From the NCBI GenBank assembly GCA_951406725.2, contig OX597823.1, positions 20,708,001-20,772,000 of the forward strand: a DNA stretch of 64,000 nt, written 5' to 3'. Position 1 is the first letter of the stretch; each line of letters opens with the position of its first letter. A program made the position numbers and the translations under genes. The DNA comes from Octopus vulgaris. Lineage: Eukaryota. Of the stretch, positions 57,040 through 64,000 are shown in pieces. The notes beneath the pieces were generated by a model that was not told where the DNA came from, searched no databases, and saw only the letters and a list, made by a program, of their open reading frames with translations.

Positions 57040-57373
57040 CTCCCCCCACTTCTATCATGAATGACCATTATATTGCACCTACAATGTTACGCTTCAAGGC
57101 AGTCCAGGGAAGGTTGTTTATGGAAGACCAGCAGTCACGCTTGCATACCAGTCCTCTTCTCCCCATTCCACCGATGTTATCTAAGAGAAAGGCAAAAGTA
57201 GACACACCTTGGCACCAATGACGTCGCAATTGGTTTCTGCAGCTGAGTTAACTGTAGCAATGTGAAATAAAGTGTCTTGCTCAAGAACACAACACACAGC
57301 CTGGTTCGGAAATCGAACTCACAAACTTATGATTTTTAGCCCGATGCTGTAACTACTGAGCCATGCACCTACA
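57040..57373 (-). mobile_element. SINE family D (Meta-like core) with a putative RTE-type tail
   Basis: Head and core like the 8779 copy; tail shared with the fragment at ~11733-11897. Confidence 0.7.
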
Positions 57374-57576
57374 CGCGTGTATGTATACCTGCGTACCGAA
57401 CTCTTATTTTCTCTCGTACTCTCTCTATTGTTGATACTCGTCTTAAAAATTAAAGAAGTTGTACTCTGACAAGAGTATTGAGTAGTCTTTCAGTTTAATA
57501 TAAAACTGCTTTTATTATAAGGTTAAATCAAACATAAATGTGTGTGTATGTGTGTGCGTTTGTATGTGTGAGTGTA

Positions 57577-57644
<68 letters not shown>

Positions 57645-58064
57645 TGTGAGTGTGCTTGCGTATGTATCTATTGGACGACATTGCTCACTTTTATGTGTTT
57701 GATAGGAGAGGAACAGTCTTGAAGCATTTATGTATGTATCTAATATTTGGCTGTTATTTCTAGGATACAGGCAGACAACTTAGAGAGCCCCTCCCGCTGT
57801 AGATCCCCCGCCACCTCATTAAAAAAAATAACAAAACACAACGAAAAAGCTAAAACCTTCAGTTTTGTTACCGAGGCTCAGTGTACTTAACAGAACACAA
57901 TTTATACTTTTTTTTCTGTGTCACTACGCATTTCTAAGCGAATCATGTGTTGTAATAGATTTTTGCGCTTCAGTAATCTTAGCTAGAAGTAAAGACCAGT
58001 TAGTAACCAACTCATATATTACCAAGATGCAAGGAATGACAGGGAAAAAAGCAAAAATCAATAC

Positions 58065-58168
58065 CTGAGACTGTTATTATGAAATCTGTTGTAACTTGAC
58101 ATAGCGACTAGGCCTCCAGTACACGTACACAGAGAGAAGAAGATTTGTACAACCGCATCTTTCCAAAC
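58065..58168 (-). CDS. SLC6 transporter exon, TM6 (104 nt)
   Basis: TTAG|GTTTGG...CTCAG|GTATTG; [35 protein letters not shown]; phase 0->2; matches the SLC6 'VWxDAxxQIFFSL...SYN' motif. Confidence 0.97.
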
Positions 58169-58191
58169 CTAACGAACAAGACAAGAAACTA

Positions 58192-58212
58192 ATCATCATT
58201 GTTATTATTATC

Positions 58213-58310
<98 letters not shown>

Positions 58311-58315
58311 CATCA
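58192..58315. repeat. (TTA)n microsatellite beside an exon acceptor
   Basis: Directly visible. Confidence 0.95.
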
Positions 58316-58700
58316 TGAACATGATCAACATCGTCAAACTCGTCATCAAAAACATTATATAAATATGTGTTTGTTGGATTATATGTATATATATATATAT
58401 GAGCACCGGCGTATATTTGGGTGTAAATACAGACAAAACCACACGTAACACTCCCATACATATATGTACAATTCTAAACACATAATATATACATAAATAC
58501 ATACATACTCACATAGATATATATATTCACGCACACACATACACATATGTATATATGTACACATATACACGTTATATTATTTTGTATGCATGTACCCATA
58601 CACACACATATTTACACGTATGCAATTTATACATTTATATATATATGTTTGCATATAAATATGCAGATGTGTATTTATGCATGTGTATAGACATAGCGAT

Positions 58701-58745
<45 letters not shown>

Positions 58746-59008
58746 AACACATGTATATATATACACACACACATCTCTCTCTCTCTTTCTATATATATAT
58801 ATATATACCCACACACTCACATATGTAGATGCATAAATATAAGCATCTTATATATATACAGTTCTACACAAATAAATATATACATATATATGTATGCATA
58901 TATTTATAAAAAAACATATATATATACATTCACCCACTCATACACACACACACACACACACTCACAAACACACACTCTCACAAACACACACACACACATA
59001 TATTATTT

Positions 59009-59227
59009 TACTCTTCTAGTCTTTTATTTGCTTCAGTCATTTCACTGCGGCTATGCTGGAGTACCGCCGTTAGTCGAACAATTCGACCCCAGGATTTATT
59101 CTTTCTTAGCCTAGTATTTATTCTATCGGTCTCTGTTCGCTGAGCATCTAATTTACGGGGATGTAAACATACCAACATCTCTTGTCAAGCGATGGTGGGG
59201 AACAATTACAGACACACACACATACAT

Positions 59228-59274
<47 letters not shown>

Positions 59275-59485
59275 CATATTATACTATATTATATTATATT
59301 ATATTATATTATATTATATTATATATATATATATATATATACGACGGGCTTCTTTCAGTTTCTTTCTACCAAATCCCCTCCGAAGCTATAGTAGATGACA
59401 GCTGCCCAAGTCGCCACGCAGTGGGACTGAACCCAGGGCCATGTGGTTGTTAAGAAGTTACTTAACACTCAGTCTCTCCTGCGCC
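59009..59485 (-). mobile_element. SINE family C, older copy
   Basis: Homology to other copies; interior (TA)n/(TATTA)n. Confidence 0.85.
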
Positions 59486-59500
59486 TATATATATATACAT

Positions 59501-59562
<62 letters not shown>

Positions 59563-59577
59563 ATATATGTATGTATG

Positions 59578-59643
<66 letters not shown>

Positions 59644-60462
59644 TAAATATCATCTGAACATGTATCCCATTTTCCTTGTTTTGATATTAGCTGTTTTTAT
59701 TCATGTTTCTGTCAAAAAACGAGTTCCATACCCACCCCCACATACACACACACTCACACGCACGCATACACACACACACATACACTCGCGCACCTGCAAG
59801 ATATTCATGTGCACTATGATGGCATGTTGTTTTTATCTCTTACACTTGATGATTAATGTCGTGCATGCAAAATACCCTACCATTTTGGCAGCAATTCCAA
59901 TGTCTCTTTTATACGTTCTAAAATGTGATCGGTGATTGGAGGTCCGTATTTACACGTAAGCAAATGAAGAAACAGAAAAAGTTTGAAGTGACTCAAAACG
60001 TTATGTTTATGCAAGTAAATGTTATATATTACTTTTTTTTATATATATATAAGCAGTCTGTTTCTGCATCCTTATATATCATCAGTATTGAATGATATAT
60101 AATCAATTCCTTGCGCTATATCCAATATAATCTTCGCTTGAAACCTTGTAAAGACAGTTTTAGAGAGGCGAGGGGAGAGGAGGGATAGAAGAGAAAAGTG
60201 AGAGGGGAGACGAAAGAGTGAGGAAAAGAGAGAAGAGAAAGAAAGGGAAATTCCAAGACCGATATTGTTAGATTCATTCAGTTTGTTAATATTATTTATC
60301 TGCTGAGGGCAATGGAGCGCTTTTGAAAATTAAATTCCAAACATACGTACCTACATCATACGTATATTTATACATGCCTAGATATATTCATTCACCCATA
60401 TATATAAATAGATAGATATGGGTGTGTGTGCGAGTGTGCATATATATACATACATACATACA

Positions 60463-60498
<36 letters not shown>

Positions 60499-60501
60499 TA
60501 T

Positions 60502-60532
<31 letters not shown>

Positions 60533-60538
60533 CATATA

Positions 60539-60615
<77 letters not shown>

Positions 60616-60644
60616 TAGAAGGTTTGGAGATGGTGTACAGGTAT

Positions 60645-61015
<371 letters not shown>

Positions 61016-61351
61016 TGTAAGGCTATATATATTGGTTATTTCGGCTGTTAATTTCGGGTTGAATCTCCGAGTGAGAGTAATTTCGACTTACAATAGTTAC
61101 ATAAATCTTGTCTTTCCCCCACCTCCCACTCTCGCTTGATGCATACATCTGTGCTTCCTTTTTTATTTTCTCAGGTGTTGGCGGTATTGGAGTTCCTGTT
61201 GTCATCATTTTACCATGATATTCTGTCACTTCCAGGAGGAAAGAGACGTTTATTTTTGCTTTATATTATTCGTGCATTTTTGGTTATTTATATTAAGCTT
61301 CTTGTGGAAATTACTTGTTGTTTCTGAAGCCATACGGTACATAGCTTTACC

Positions 61352-61735
61352 TGGAGGCGCAATGGCCCAGTGGTTAGGGCAGCGGACTCGCGGTCGTAGG
61401 ATCGCGGTTTCGATTCCCAGACCGGGCGTTGTGAGTGTTTATTGAGCGAAAACACCCAAAAGCTCCACGAGGCTCCGGCAGGGGAGGGTGGTGATCCCTG
61501 CTGTACTCTTTCACCACAACTTTCTCTCACTCTTACTTCCTGTTTCTGTTGTACCTGTATTTCAAAGGGCCGGCTTTGTCACTCTCTGTGTCACGCTGAA
61601 TATCCACGAGAACTACGTTAAGGGTACATGTGTCTGTGGAATGCTCAGCCACTTACACGTTAATTTCACGAGCTGGCTGTTCCGTTGATCGGATCAACCG
61701 GAACCCTCGTCTTCGTAACCGACGGAGTGCTTCCA
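61352..61735 (+). mobile_element. SINE family B, full length (tRNA-derived head)
   Basis: GGAGGCGCAATGGCCCAGTGGTTAGGGCAGCGGACTCGCGGTCGTAGGATCGCGGTTTCGATTCCC head with A/B boxes; several copies in the window. Confidence 0.92.
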
Positions 61736-62019
61736 TCCAGTTTTACTTGTTTTATAAGGGATCTGGCCCCGTATTCATGGTAAATAATACATATTTTTCA
61801 GGTGTAATTCTCTTCAAATCTTGCTGGTTCTTTTAAGGTCTAGCTCGTATATTTTAACAGTAATTTCTTACTGAAGAAGCAAATGCAAATATCTTTTTCT
61901 AAATCTATTTAGCTGCGTTTTAAGTGCTAATATATTACCGGAGGTGCAATGGCCTAGTGGCTAGGTCAGCGGACCCACGGTCGGAGGATCGCAATTTCAA
62001 TTCGCAGACCGGGGTAAAA

Positions 62020-62187
62020 AGCTTGTTTCCAAACCACATAGCTTCTGGTGCAGTCCTGCTGCGTAGCACCTTGGGCAAGTGTCTTCTACTATAGCCTCGG
62101 GTCGACCAAAGGCTTGTGAGTGGATTTGGTAGACGGAAATTGAAAGAAGCCTGTCGCGTATAATTATTTATCTCTCTACCTACCTAC

Positions 62188-62269
<82 letters not shown>

Positions 62270-62470
62270 ACGTTTGTGTTTGTCCTCCCACACCATCACT
62301 TTGACAACCGATAAGGGTGTGTTTGGGTCCCCGTAAATTAACGGTTAGCAGAAGACACCGATAGAAGAAACTCCAGGTTTACAAACAATGAGTCCATGAG
62401 TCGATTTCGTCGACTAAAAGGCGATGCTCTAGCATGGCCACAGTTAACTGACTGAAACAAGCAAAAGAAT
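62020..62470 (+). mobile_element. SINE family C
   Basis: Homology to other copies. Confidence 0.85.
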
Positions 62471-63112
62471 ATATGTATCCTTAATTAATTGCTTTGTCTT
62501 CGAAGTTACCTTACGAATTGTTCCAAATCCGAATAAATCTCTTTACTGTTTCAATAGTATCCTAGTTTCTCATTAATACTGAAGAACGATTTCAGATCGT
62601 TGACAAACCAAATAAACCAAGTCCAGTCTTGTTTGACATACCAGGTATTTCTTTCAGCTCCATGCAAGAAAAATACTGGACATAGGGTGCATCCTATTAC
62701 ATTTTCTATCTGAAGAATTAGGACAAGGTTAGTTTCCATATTTCCCTCTTTTCTCGGCTATTTACTTATTCCTTATGTCTGTTTGTTATTGGTGCAATTT
62801 AAATTATGCATGATATTTAGAGGACCTACATGCTTTCTGGGCGCCAGTGCACGTATGTTTTTATTACTCTTTTATCCTGACAGAGTCTTCATTTATGGCG
62901 CCAGAATTAGTATTTGCTAATGGGCAGAGGGAGTGGAAAGCAGTGACCTGAAGCTGAGCTAAAGATGAAGAGAAGAGTAAAAAGAAGTTTTGTTTCAAAA
63001 TATTGGGAATTTCATCGGGTCTATCTGAGTATGTGATTTGTGTGTGTGTGTGCGTGTATGTGTGTGTGTGTCTATAAACAGAGAAAAAGTAAATAGATAA
63101 ATAGATTTGAAT

Positions 63113-63143
<31 letters not shown>

Positions 63144-63252
63144 ATCACGTGACCGACTAGTCCATCAGATGTAGTTACAGATCGCTGGTCACAATGCGTT
63201 CGCATTGTTTTAGCCTTCGAATGACGCCACCCCGCTGGCTAAGCAAGCAGGC

Positions 63253-63286
<34 letters not shown>

Positions 63287-63341
63287 GTTTATATATTCAT
63301 TTTGCAAGATTTTTGATGTGAAATCGTGTGTTGTAACAAAT

Positions 63342-63653
63342 ATTGTTGTGTTTAGGGATGGTCATGTTGCCAGTTTAGCCAATAAAAACACACGAAGGAA
63401 ATTGGTGTTAATTTCCTTCAGCTTTATTTTTTACATTAATCATATTTCGGCCAGAGTTCTTTCGTCACACTTCTGTGACCTCACCAGGGGTCCTTTGCTT
63501 TCTTCTTTCTTATTTGTGTGTCTCTCCTTGCTAACGATCAAACAAAAAAATAAATAAATAAAAAATAAAGCTGAAGTAAAGTAACACCAAATATATCGTG
63601 CATGTGTTTTTATTGGCTAAACTGGCAACATGACCCTCCCTAAATACAACAAT
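63342..63653. repeat. Inverted repeat, ~92-bp arms, with a hammerhead-like spacer
   Basis: 63342-63433 vs 63559-63653; lies between (TA)n tracts. Confidence 0.9.
63449..63493 (-). ncRNA. Degenerate type I hammerhead-like motif
   Basis: GGACCC CUGGUGA G GUCAC-agaagu-GUGAC GAAA GAAC UC UGGCC; perfect 5-bp stem II, A6->G, stem I with mismatches. Confidence 0.5.
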
Positions 63654-63796
63654 GTATATGTATATATATATATATACACACAAAGAAAAATAGAGAGATA
63701 AGTAGGTAGGAATTTATATATATATATATATTTATATATATACAAAGAAAAACAGATAAAATACAAGCGAATTTATATTTATATATATATATATAC

Positions 63797-63850
<54 letters not shown>

Positions 63851-63964
63851 AGAAAAAACAGAGATAAACAGATATGAATTTATATATATATATATATATA
63901 GTGTATCAGCATGGCCGCAGCTATGAGCTGACACTACAGCGAATAGAACGGAATAGTTACTTAC

Positions 63965-64000
63965 ATGAACATCCAAAAGTCTTTTGGCATTAGGTTTCAG
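63965..64000 (-). CDS. SLC6 Na+/Cl- dependent transporter (GlyT/PROT-like), coding exon, partial (continues past right edge)
   Basis: Translates LKPNAKRLLDVH, matching the EL3 'YLxPxxxxLxxxxVW' segment. Donor CAT|GTAAGT, phase 0, joins the next exon starting VW. Confidence 0.85.

Overview
AT-rich, microsatellite- and SINE-dense animal genomic DNA. The repeat families and composition suggest an octopus/coleoid cephalopod, but that assignment is an inference. The whole window lies inside one minus-strand gene encoding an SLC6 (NSS, Na+/Cl- neurotransmitter/amino-acid symporter) transporter. I traced 8 coding exons (one cut by the right edge) with GT-AG boundaries and matching phases, giving 882 nt / 294 aa covering roughly TM6-TM12. 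The 5' exons lie beyond the right edge, and I found no final exon inside the window. The 3-14 kb introns hold a near-complete IR/DR Tc1 transposon, mariner remnants and MITEs, a non-autonomous Helitron, CR1/RTE/I-group/R4-Dong LINE fragments, four tRNA-derived SINE families and many microsatellites. Almost all ORFs in the supplied track are microsatellite or repeat artefacts. Most interesting: (1) minimal hammerhead-ribozyme-like motifs, two of which share an atypical CCGA core, inside short Penelope-like units; (2) several unrelated fold-back inverted repeats, mostly abutting (TA)n; (3) retroelements embedded in (AAT)n, (TATC)n and (CATA)n; (4) an unusual substrate/Na2 site in the transporter.
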